Assembly (NCBI GenBank): GCA_964350585.1
Contig: CAYGKC010000003.1
Location: 4,678 to 68,677, forward strand
Source: an uncultured Gammaproteobacteria bacterium
Lineage (GTDB): Bacteria; Patescibacteriota; Patescibacteriia; 2-01-FULL-39-33
Reading direction: 5' to 3'
Length of the DNA stretch: 64,000 nucleotides
Shown here: positions 17,476-29,500 of the stretch, piece by piece
How the letters are laid out: each line of letters opens with the position of its first letter
How positions within the stretch are numbered: the first letter of the stretch is position 1
Notes under the pieces: generated by a model
Told to the model about the DNA's origin: nothing
The model's input: only the letters and a program-made list of their open reading frames with translations
Databases searched by the model: none
Made by a program: the position numbers and the translations under genes

Positions 17476-20400
17476 TTATTTTTTTGGTATGACATTACTG
17501 CCATGTTCTGCCACTGTCTTATTATCAATAATCGGACCATTTTCAGTTTTTCGGCCAACTTTCTCATTTAACAATGCGATAACGGTCGATAATTTTGAAA
17601 CATCCCCTCCGCCTTTTTCATAAGCAGCGATACCGCGTTTTAATTCAAGAACCAAATAAGCTTGAGGTCCGCTTAATTCGCGAGGCAAAGCAGCTAAAGA
17701 ATCGGTTAATGTTTTTATAGCGCCTGTGGATTCAGTAAGTGCTTTAACCGATTTGAATTGCATTTCTGTTTGACCGTTAGTAGAATAAAAACTGCCCCTG
17801 CTTATATCAGTTAAGAAATCTGCGTCTGTAGCCCCATTTTCTATAACCTTAATTAGATTATCAATGGCTTTTTTCATTTTTGTAGCATCTTCAGCTACAG
17901 CCTGAGAAACCCAATTTTCATGGGCATAGGGCTTATAATCATCAAGAACGGTATCGACAAGATTAGGTTGCGGTTTTTGAGGCTGAACTGAACCAATAGT
18001 ATCAGTATATTTTTCATTTGCTTTAGTATCTTCACTATCTTTATTTTCGTATGCTTTTTTTCTTTCTTGTTCTCGTCTGTTTTCAATGTCACTGATACTA
18101 CTTAAACCATAAGTTCTTGCGTTAATAGCAGCTAACTCTAAATCTAATTTTCCTTGTATTGCTCCTTTTGCACTATTGAGATCAATATTTGCCTGATATT
18201 CTTTTAAAAATCTATTTTTCTCTGCTTCAATGCGTTCTTGTTCTTTTGCAGTTTTTCCACTCTTACTAGCATTTAAACTATCTTCTACTCTTGTTACATG
18301 GCGGGATTCTTCATCTGCTCTGATAGTTTCAGAATTTATTTTATGAGTTTCTATTTTATTTTGTCTATCAGTATATGCAGTCTCTTTATGGAAATCTTCC
18401 TTGGCTTTAGCTAAATCTGCATCGGAAACTTTTCCTTTCTTAACAACAGATGACATTGATCTATATGCACCTCTGCCATTTAAGAAGTCTAAGAAATCAC
18501 TTGGCACCATACCCTTTGAAATTTTACCTGATTGTACATTGTCAATTTGTGATATTTCACCTTCTGCCTTAACTCTTGCAGCATAAGCTGGATCGCTTTT
18601 TATCCTTTGATCAATAGCTAAATCTCTTCCCTTTTCAGACGTAGCAACAATATTTTTTGTATTTTGGCTTGCTTCATCAATTTTTTTACCTTCTTCTTCC
18701 CTATTCTTTTGGCGTTTTGAGCTTTGATCACCTAATGCCATTTCAAGCAAACGTCCTCCTCCTGTCATATAACCCACAGCTAATGCGCCCAATCCCAAAC
18801 CTCCAGTAGCCACACCTCCTGCTACAGTACCAACGGTAGCTGTAACTGCAAGAGCTCCTGCTTTAACATTTTTAGCTAAATCCGTATTTGTAAATTCCCC
18901 CCATGCCGCTTTTGCTTTATCACTGCCAAGACCCATTTTACCCATTGCTTTTGATAGCTTTTCTTTTCTTACCTTTCTCCTGCCTTCCAAAACATCAGTT
19001 CGCCACTGTGAACCAAACGCTCCAAGCTTGGTCAAACCCTCAGACCCTGACAATTTGCCAAGACCTTTTGAAATTCCGCTGGCAAGTGCAAGAGATCCTG
19101 TCCCAGCCTTCCCTGCGGCTTTTTTGCCTACCCATGCGCCCGCTCCCAATCCCGATTTTGCCAATGATTTTCCAAATTTCATAGGCTTCTTAGCCTGCTG
19201 TTGCAACCAACTCATCCCAGAGTTAGCAACGTTTGCTCCGACAACTCCGCTTCCTTTGGCAAAATTCAAACAAACAATCAAAGCGCCAATAACTAAAGCC
19301 GTATTAATAATGCCTTCAACCGTCAAGCCTGCTGAAAGTGTTCCTTTGTTCAAATCTGTAATTTCCTGTTTATCAGGAACCTGACCCCCTAAAGAACTAC
19401 GTATATCCCTTGTAGGATTATTATTAAGAGCTCTCTCAGCTGAGTTACCCCCATGACCCATCATCATAAATGAAATCCATAAAAAGAAAACCAACACAGG
19501 ACCGACTGTCAAATACTTCACAAAGTTATTAAACCAATCAGAAGAATACTTTTCTGTTTGCTTGATTAATTTTAGAAAAACATATGCCGGAGAAAGAATA
19601 GTCAAAAACAGCAATACAACTATTCTGGCAACGAGTATGGCAATAATTGATACAATTACAATTACAACTATAACTGCCACTATTATGGCGTAAATAAGAG
19701 CGGCAAAAATATTAGTCATTTCTATACCAGCCTTATTTTTGGATATACCCTCATTCATAGGATTCGCTGTCCATTCCTGCCACCTAGTAAGTTCCGGCAA
19801 TTTTAGAGCTGACAAAACAATATTTCCACCTTGAATATTGGCAAAAGCGCTGGCGAATGAAAGCATTAACACTTGTGATATATCTATGGCAATACCCACA
19901 AAAAGCTTTGAAAAATTAATAAGTATTGCAGCGATTAGAATTTTAGGCAACATCGCCTTATAATGATAGTCTTTTTTATTGAGAATAGTCCCGATAGCCA
20001 CAACCATCAGAAGAACAATAAAAAAGTTATTGAAGAGATTTCTAACAACCTTCCAGCCTTCAACGACAGCAGCAGTATTATTAACATTTATAGGATAACT
20101 CATCACCGTTAGCATTGCCCACATTAACCTAGTTATTATCCAACCAAGTGCAGCAAATATTATATAAAGAATATATGCGAGAAGGTTTATAATTATATCT
20201 ATTGCTTCTAATTCTCCCACGTATTTACCAGACGGAGATTTTTCAATAGCTTCTTTTTCTCTTTTAGCAGTGTTTAAAAACTCCTCTTGTTCCTTAGTTA
20301 AAGGTTGCTTTGATTCTAATTCGGTAATCCATTTATTATATTGAATAATTCTGCTTTCATCATTTCTAACAACATCATCAGGTACTGAAAGCCAACTCCA

Positions 20401-20568
20401 CAAATCAACTGCTGCTAAACCAGGTCCAATGTTGGGTATTAAATATTGAAACCAACTATTTCTAATATCTTCTACTGTTATCGCTGCTCTAACATTTATC
20501 GGAAAACAAAAATTTAAAAATAAAACTACTGATATCAATCCAATTAATATTTTATTTTTATTTTTCAT
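17476..20568 (-). CDS. large polytopic membrane protein, VirB6/TrbL-like, with long Gly/Ala/Lys-rich and coiled-coil C-terminal extension
   Basis: Signal peptide MKNKNKILIGLISVVLFLNFCFPINVRA. At least six hydrophobic helices lie between aa ~120-440. A ~590-aa hydrophilic tail has GKxGxG repeats and charged coiled-coil-like segments. Confidence 0.45.
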   Translation of the reverse strand: MKNKNKILIGLISVVLFLNFCFPINVRAAITVEDIRNSWFQYLIPNIGPGLAAVDLWSWLSVPDDVVRNDESRIIQYNKWITELESKQPLTKEQEEFLNTAKREKEAIEKSPSGKYVGELEAIDIIINLLAYILYIIFAALGWIITRLMWAMLTVMSYPINVNNTAAVVEGWKVVRNLFNNFFIVLLMVVAIGTILNKKDYHYKAMLPKILIAAILINFSKLFVGIAIDISQVLMLSFASAFANIQGGNIVLSALKLPELTRWQEWTANPMNEGISKNKAGIEMTNIFAALIYAIIVAVIVVIVIVSIIAILVARIVVLLFLTILSPAYVFLKLIKQTEKYSSDWFNNFVKYLTVGPVLVFFLWISFMMMGHGGNSAERALNNNPTRDIRSSLGGQVPDKQEITDLNKGTLSAGLTVEGIINTALVIGALIVCLNFAKGSGVVGANVANSGMSWLQQQAKKPMKFGKSLAKSGLGAGAWVGKKAAGKAGTGSLALASGISKGLGKLSGSEGLTKLGAFGSQWRTDVLEGRRKVRKEKLSKAMGKMGLGSDKAKAAWGEFTNTDLAKNVKAGALAVTATVGTVAGGVATGGLGLGALAVGYMTGGGRLLEMALGDQSSKRQKNREEEGKKIDEASQNTKNIVATSEKGRDLAIDQRIKSDPAYAARVKAEGEISQIDNVQSGKISKGMVPSDFLDFLNGRGAYRSMSSVVKKGKVSDADLAKAKEDFHKETAYTDRQNKIETHKINSETIRADEESRHVTRVEDSLNASKSGKTAKEQERIEAEKNRFLKEYQANIDLNSAKGAIQGKLDLELAAINARTYGLSSISDIENRREQERKKAYENKDSEDTKANEKYTDTIGSVQPQKPQPNLVDTVLDDYKPYAHENWVSQAVAEDATKMKKAIDNLIKVIENGATDADFLTDISRGSFYSTNGQTEMQFKSVKALTESTGAIKTLTDSLAALPRELSGPQAYLVLELKRGIAAYEKGGGDVSKLSTVIALLNEKVGRKTENGPIIDNKTVAEHGSNVIPKK

Positions 20569-20578
20569 ATAAATTATT

Positions 20579-23500
20579 TTAATATCCCGCTTCTATTAAA
20601 CTACTGCTTATGGTTGAACTTGCACTTGCATTCCAATTATCTTTAACAGTTATCGTAATAGTAGCCGGATTAGGAGACATTTCATTAGGATTATAATAAT
20701 GATACATCACAAAAGGATTATTTTCATCTATTCTTTGCCTTAACTTTACGCCTGCAACCGAATCTTCCGATCCGTCACCCCAATTAATAGTGTAAGAAGT
20801 AAGCGGAAGCTGATCCTTGTCAACTTTTACATTAAAAGAAAGTCGAAGTGTCTGGCTTGAAGTAGAAACTTTAATATTAGTAATCAACGGCTTGATTTTA
20901 CAGGGCACACCCAAAGCCGTGTTAATAAATCTCCAGTTAACATCCCTGTCACCAGGATTCAAACCGGAACAATATTCATTTGGCAAAGACCAATTTGCTC
21001 CTTTTACTTCATCATAACTACCTTGATCCCATCTGTTATTGTCTTCCTTCCACACCCATACGCCATAACTTTGGGCGAATAAATTCTTTAATGCTTCCTC
21101 TTTTACTGGTTGACCGGTTCTTGGCTGATAAGGAGCTTCAGTTTTAAAATTCGGCGTTTCCCATAAAATTGGCTGTTTTGTGTAATCATCATCAGTTCTC
21201 CTAGAATCCCATAAGATAGGATTTTGAAAATTATTTGACGGCGCGACAAGTGATCCAAAAGGCTTGTAATCTGCTCCGTAACCGTCAAATTTATAGCCAA
21301 GATTTGAATAAATCATATTTTCGTAATAGCATTTTCCGGTAATTTCATCCCATGTGTTACCCTTTTCTCTGCAAGTAGTAGAACCATTAATAGCTGAATT
21401 AGTACAAGCAGCAGTAACGCCATCATTTAAACCTTTCAGGCAATAAGGATTTGTAAATTGTGGATACTTATCCGTGGTGGTTGAAAAGGCAAATTGAGAT
21501 CCGCTACTGAGCCTGTCCACCCATGCTTTATTTTTACCTGATGGCGTAGCTACCTGGACAATTTTATTGCAATAATGAATATCAAACTCACTATAAGCCG
21601 ATCCAGTCATAAGCAGTCCTAACACAATACCCCCAGCTTTTACATTCCAAGCCAGACCCAAAATATCACCTGGCACGCTTGGATTAGGATCAGTAAAATA
21701 AGAAGCATATTTTGGATCCTGATCGGTAACCACTTTTGCTCCCAAGGAAGTTCCTGTTCCGCCAGCATCCAATCCGGCCATAGACATTATCTGACCTATA
21801 AGGTCTCCACCCCCGTCACCCGATCCGCCGGACATTATTTTATTTTCTACATTATCCCAACTTTCAGGGAATAATAAGGCCGTTCCCGCTCCATCGCCTC
21901 CAAACCAACTAGTTGCAGCTAGTCCCCATCCTCCCCAACGACTGTTATCAGTTAGATTGCCTATACGTGGTTCTAATTCACCTCCATTGTATGTTTCACA
22001 TTTATCACCCAAAAGAAATTTCAAAAAAGATGAACAGATAGTATTTTCCAAATTATTTAAACCCAATAAATCAAAAATAATTCCGAGTGGATCTTGTCCA
22101 TCAGCGCCAAAATGACTAACATTATTGCGACCCATATGGACGTTAGCAATTCCACCTCCCAAACCAAAACCGTCTAAATTTCCACCAACACCGAGAACAA
22201 TTCCAGCATAATGAAAAGTATTTCTATTTTGAGGTTTACCGCCCAAAGTAAAACCACTAAGTACTTCACTAAATAAAGTCGAAAGTTTATTAAGAGCGTT
22301 TGTTTCCGGCTTTGATATAAATGGATATCTAAATAGAGCGGAAGCATTTATTAAATCTGAATTTTCAGATTCAAAAACAGAATACTGTGCAGTTTCACCG
22401 CCTAAGACATTTAAATTAAGTCCTGGAGCAAGATTATTTAACATTTGTCCCATACCGCCACTAGTTACTTTGGTAGTTTCTACATAAACTCTAATTGTTT
22501 CTTTAGTGGTGGAAACGCAATAATATAGCGGAGATCTCTCTCTATATCCACCCGAATACTCATCCACAATATCGCCTTTAATTTCATCAACCGGCCACCA
22601 CTGCAAACACACCTGGGGATTCTTCGGATCCCAAGCCAAGCAATAACCGTACCAACCATAGTAAAATCTTCCATCTTCTGAGTATTGGCAAGACATCGCA
22701 TTTTGATCTGGATAAATTCTACAACTTCTAGAAATAGTAGACTCTTCTTTAGTTAAAATATCGGTTAAACCAGTAAAAGCATTTAACTGCGAAACTTTAG
22801 GAACAGGATTTAAAACAGGCTTTAGGGAAATATCGTCAAAAAGCGAACTTCCGCTTATCCTGCAAGCCGTACCATAATTTATGTTATATTTTTTATCATC
22901 AAGTAAGTCATTACATTCTTTCTGGTCTAAACTATTATTAAAATTAATCAATTTTAAACAAATTGTAGAGGTTGAAGGTGTAAACTTTAGCGTTTTCTTT
23001 GTCCAATTAATTCCTTCACGCATACTGATAACTCTCCCAGGCCTTTGATTACTACATTCTGAACCTTCAAAAACCCATATTTCAGCAGAAGTGGTGCTAA
23101 GCAAGTCTAAGGTGTTAAGCCAAGCGCTTAAATAATATTCTTGTCCTTTTTCAACATCAATCGGTTCCGATTCCAACTCGTTTGGTCCGTGCAATCTCAA
23201 ATAGCCCGCATCCTGTTTTCTGTATAGATAATTTCTTTCAATCGCATATTTATCGGGACCCCAACCAGATGCATCCAAATCCGAAGATGATGCAGACATT
23301 GTCCAACCTAACGGTTCGGCTGAAGCTGAGACAGTAGATTCAAAATTACCGTTTGAAACACTTGCAGATTGCCCTTCCTGTGTCATCTCTGCAAAGGACA
23401 AATAATTAGGCACGGAGTAACCTGTCAAAAATTGGAAATTAGAAGAATTAGTTGTTATAGGTTCATTGTTTTTTTGGGTAAAGGAATCGCAAGTTCTGTC

Positions 23501-26500
23501 GTCATAGTCCATTTTTTCACATAAACCAACTCTTAAACAACTGTCCTGACTCTGGAATCGAAAATCTGCCGCCGTACTTGTGGTGGAATCACTGTCTTTT
23601 TTATAAGTGGTGCAATACAGCCAGTTCTTGCAAGTTCTGTCGGGCAGAACCTTAAGCAGTACGCTGGTATCTTTGGGCTCATCTGTTGAAGCCTTAAGAG
23701 GTTGCTGTTTATTGCCAATATAATCGGAATATGTTTTTGAAGAATTGAAAATCAAATATTTATTTCGTTCTTTAATTAATTCATCGTTTGAATCTGAATC
23801 ATATGAATAATTTATGCTTGATCTTTCATTAAACAGCACGCAACCCGTCTTGTAATCAACAAGGCCGTTGCAACCTGAACGATTTACATTGGTAGATAAA
23901 GCGTAATACACTCCCGCTCGAGTAACTACAGTACTTGTACTTGAAAGATTAATTTTACAAGTTTTAACGTTATCATCCTTTGCCTTCACATAAAAAGTAG
24001 TTGTAACATTGCCAAGCGGATGATAAATATTACAAAAAGCAGAAGCGGCAGTTGTGGTAACAAATCCTCCTGATGAAGAATAAAGGTAATTAGATTCTAT
24101 AACCAAGGTTGATGAACTCTTATAATTCAAATTAGGATAAATTTCAGTGATAGGATCGATATATTCGCTGCATCCGTTTTTATTATCCTGACATAAACCC
24201 ACCCAACCGTTATATTTAATGTTGCTGTAATTATTTATTACAAAAATTGTTGATGATCCTGTTAAATTATTAATAGGACCGATCGGCTGATATTTGTTTC
24301 TGACTGATTCATAACCCGTGCCGAATGTTTGATCGGGAGTAATCATACACGCTTCGTCAGTTCCTTTTTTGTACCATCCCGCCGCCAAATCTCCCGCTCC
24401 TCTGAATTCGCAAAGTTTCCTGGGATTTTTAAAATAATATAAGGAATTATTGCCGGCAAATTGTTCGCACCATACCTCGTCTGCAGCGCATAAATCAGTC
24501 GCATACCTATCAGGATCATTCTTTAAAAATACAGTGCTATATCCTAGAACTTCGTCATATTGGTTAATTTTGGGCAAACCCAAAGCCATACATCCTTTAT
24601 CTTGCAAACCACAACTATATGCTGGGCTATTAACAAGATATGCTTTTTCGTAAGGTCGGACGGTAATTTGATCATTATATCCTTTGCTATTATCAGGATT
24701 AAATATAAATCCTTGATATTTATCGTAATTATGAGTATCAATAAGTTCTTCGCAACCCGCAGCTTCTTTTCTGCACAAATTGGCAAATGACTTCAAATAA
24801 GCGCTTAATCCGTCTTGAGTTTTGTACGCTTTACAGCCAAGCATATTGCCAGGAACACATCTGTGGTTATCAGTACCGGGATTTTGATCATAACAAATTT
24901 GATAAGCAGCACTGGAATTAGTCTGTGACTGAGCATAGTTTACTTTACCAGCCGGATCATTTAAATCATTGTCGCAAGAAAACGGAGTAAACCAGGAATT
25001 CTCAACCAGATACACTTTATCTCTCATTTCTTTCAACTGAATATTATCCAAGAAAACTTTTTCAGAACCAATATTAAAAACTAAATTTTCAACCTCCGGC
25101 TGATCCCATGTTACAAAGACCGGACCTACTTCAAAATATTTCCATTCACCTGTAATTTCAGGCATAGAAAGATTAATATCACCATCATTTTTCAAAGATG
25201 AAACTGCAAAGTAGTCATTTGGATTAGTAGAGCTGTTGAACTTTATTGATTCGAATCGGAAATTGCCTGTTGAACTTGCTTTAGCCCAGAAACTGAGCAT
25301 ATATGTCCTATTTTTATGTACGGCAACTTCCTTTTTAATTTGTCCACCAGTATTTTTTATGGAGTATCCCCCTTGATATGTCGCTTCTGAACTTGTAACC
25401 GCTCCAATCCAGCCTTCAAGATTTTCATTGCTGAATTGACTTATTGGGAATACGTTTCTGATATTATTGCCATAATTTCCGGTGTAAGCCCGACAACCGG
25501 AAACTGAGGCGCTGCACATAATTCCTTCGCCTTTCATAGCCATATATATGCACTCATTAGTAGCACTATTCCACCAGCCTTTTGTACAGTTTGCCTCTGC
25601 TTCTGTAAGCGTTTTTTCTGTTTGTGTTCTTCTATACGGATGGCAGTTATCAGAAATTGTAACAGTCATTGATAAAAGACGATAAGTGATGTTTCCGCCA
25701 GCATCGTAAAACTGCCTGCAATCTGGATTTGAAGCCATATTCTCTTTGGTACAAAGTCCATTTTCTAAATTATGTGAAACTGCATCAGGATCATTGCAAA
25801 TTCCAATACCGCTTGTATTATAGGAAATGTTTGTGCAGGGCGCGCTTGGATCTTTATTACTCCTTTTTAGTTTGTAAACCTTTAACTGATAACCGGTCGT
25901 ATCTTCACCCTCCCAAGTATAGTAAGTGCCATCATCCGTAGAAGGTTTTTGGCATGCTTTTATTCGCACAAAATATTCTCTTTGTTCCGCTCCCCTGCCT
26001 AGCTCATCAAGGTTTGTAAATTCATCACATCCCGCATAAGCGGCCGAACAGTATTTTGGCACGTTATTAGCAATAAACTGGACAAAGGTCGACGAAACAA
26101 AATAAGTTTTTTCTTGTTTATATACCTGGTATCCCGCACATTCCGCAGGGCACAAATCAATGCTTTCAGCCACTCCGGGCACTTCCGGATCGCCGTTTAC
26201 GGGCTTATAAATATTGCAACCTACCTCATCAGAAGTACAAACTGAAGCGTATTTTGAACAAAGTTTATTTTGGTTAAGAAGAATATCATATAAATTCGAG
26301 CTGTTAGCCCAAATATTACCTTTCTTATAGCAATTTAAATAATCAGGCGCTTTCCTTAAAAACGTCAATTGCTCTGCAGGCCGTTTTGAAGGATTATATT
26401 CTGTGAAAGAAGAAGGCAACTCAGAATTGTAGTTTATTTCTTCTAACTTTATATCATCAAAATATACCATCGTTTCTGCTAAGCCGGATATCACCCGAAT

Positions 26501-29500
26501 ATCGTATTCATTGGCTCTGTAATCTTTCGCCATCACTGCGACTGCCTGAACTTTTTGCCATTGATTGATTCTACTCTTGTCAAAACCGGCTGACATAATT
26601 TTATTATTCGGTGACAATAAAAATAATTCTACCGACCCGCCACCTAAATTACTAACAGTGCTTGAAGCAATATATACCCAGCCGGACAAGGCATATTTAC
26701 TTCCTCTTTTAAGATTTATAATATTTTCAGCTCTGGGAACTTCCACAACGGCATAGTCAGCGTTACATGAATCAGCTGACAAAGTACATCTAATTCCCAA
26801 AGAATGTGAACCGCTATTTTTTATGCTATTGCTTCGGCTGAATTCTACGTGTCTGCCATGCTCGCTGTCTTTCTTCCATACATCCACTCCGTCACCTGCT
26901 CCGTCTTCAAATCCCCCGTTTGGCACCAAATTACTGCCCAAGCCTGATTTCAATCGAATAAATTGCGAACAGCCGTCAGAAACACTATTGCAGGTAGGGG
27001 CATTTTTTGTCAGATAAATTTCATTTTCTGTCGCATTGATACTGGCTGTATTACTGGCATTACCTAACCAAATACTGTTAGCTCCGCAATCATCCTTTAT
27101 TTTTTTAATGGTAAAATCATCAAAATAAACATCAGCAGTAGTGCCTGCTTTCAATCGGATTTTTATTGTTGTAGTATTAAAATTTCCAGAGTTAAAATAC
27201 CATATTTTTTCATTCCAGCCTGCACTAAAAGAATATAGTTGGTATTCTTCTTTTTCTTCGCCTCTTATTATTGAAACAATAATTGCTCCATTATTATCTA
27301 AAACGCCAGTGCTTCCCGATAAATAATTGCCTCTAACAAAGAAATTTAACTGATAATTTTTGTCTTTTTCAAGAGGTATGTTTTCAAGCGATACCCAGGT
27401 ATTGGCATCTTCTGCTATGACTGGGGCATTATTTCCGATTATTCTTAAAGCTGAACTAGTACCTCTTCCTTCTCCCGCAACTCTGTAAAAACGGTTATAC
27501 ATATCATAGTTGGCATTATCAAAATTCCAGATTGCAGGAATCCAGTCATATTCATCCTTTTGTTCAAAACCTCCGTTAAACGTTCTAAGCAGATCATTAT
27601 TGTCTATGCAAAGCTCTAAATAACATCCCGAGCTTCCAGGCGTTGAGGTGCAAGATACCTGAGGCGTCCCAAATGAGCTGAATCTACATGTACCATCAAT
27701 AATATTATAAGTACAATTGGTAGATGAAGTGCTGTCACAAGCTGATTGCGTACAGGGTTGAGACATCCTAAGCATTCCGTCCGTGCTTATCTGATGCCAC
27801 TTATAAACAACTTTTCCTTCAAGAGTTAGAGTTTGTGAAGTGGAAGTGATTCTTGTTATTACGTTTGGAGCAAGATGACGCCAAACATTGTTTACCGTAT
27901 CAAGTAACATACTATACCAACGGCATCCTACATTAGTAGAATTACAATTGCCGAAATCCAGAGTGTTCATCAAATATGATTGTTTTTTACCGTCAGATGC
28001 CGAAAAAGTCTGGCAAGTATTGAATCTTGGTTCGCAAGCAGTTGGAAAAGTCCAGATTCTTCTTTCTTCGGTACAATAGCCGTAAGCTTGGCAATTATTA
28101 TCAATATCCTGTTGTAAACACTGTTGTTCATCTGCACAATATTCTCCTCTCATAATACTTCCATCAGGTGAATCTCGCGTTGTGTTATAACCTCCATAAC
28201 CCTGCCTTCTGCAAAATAATTCTGGCACTTTTAAAGTCCAATATGGATTAACCAAACCGTAAAAAATACTATCTGGATTTTCAAAACCGGCAGCAACCTC
28301 TTTTAGTGTATAATTTCTATCGCTTCCATTTGCTTTTATTGCTGCAAACTCCCATCCCACAGGAATAATTCTGTATTTTCTAAGTATAATTATCGATCTT
28401 AAGGGCAATTCACTGTCTAAATTGTCATTTCCCACGGCTGGAGCAAATAATCTTTCTCCTATGCCAAGAGTATCAGACAAAACTTCATATAACTGCTTCT
28501 TTTCTTTTATTGCTGATAGTAGTTTTTGATCAATTACGCAATCAGTTGGACCCGGATTCTTTCTGGTTGAATCAGAACATAAAGCAAGCTTTGTTAAAAT
28601 ATCGTAAGATCCTCCTTCTTTAAAGGAATAATTCTTAAGCTCCGAAAACCTTTCTTTAGCTCCCGTAGCTCCTTCGCTTTGTGGAGATGCCAACGGATTT
28701 AGCAATGCGGATAAATTTGGAAGAGCAAAACCGCTTGAACCGCCGGAACTGCTATCGGAAGAACCTTTGAATAATCCATTTTTAAAATTATTCAACAACT
28801 GAGCAGCTAAAGTATTTAAAAATGTTTCAACAAAATCAAAAATTGTTCCGGTATATATATTATCTTTTTTGCCGACGTTATCAGGATCAACTAAAGCCTT
28901 ATGCAAAGCTTCCCTAACAGTAGTTCCCGGAGTAAGAACTTTGCCGGCAAAATCTTTTAGATCCTTAAATTTGGCCGCCTTTGCAGCTTCATCTTCAGCC
29001 TCTTTGACTTTTTTATTTACATATTCATATGATTTTCCTTGTATTAACAAAAAGGTTGAAATATCGTTTTCTCCAGGTTGAAGAGAATTATTGTACTCAA
29101 AAGAAAAATCAGCTCTTTGGATTGCTGAATTCCAATTTGTCATCATCGTAGAAAAAGTACATCTGACCTGTCTTGGAACTTTATAATTAATGCTTGTTTG
29201 AATCGCTAACCGCATACTTAAATTAGGGCGACATAAATCGACACCATAAGATTGCCCTACTTGATCAATAAAGTCTCCCAAAGCGCTGTCTGCGGCATTT
29301 TCCAAATATGCTCCCCAACCTTCGGTAATAAACAAAGGCTTTTGTCCCTTTCCTCCTGAAGCCACCCAGGTAGCGGTATCTTCGGCCAACTGTCTTGAAA
29401 AGGTACTTAAAGAAACCTTAAAAGCTCCTGCCATTGCTTTTGTAGCCTCCTCCTTTATTGCCTCCCACCATTCTCTTCTCTTTTGATCCCTAATCATCTG

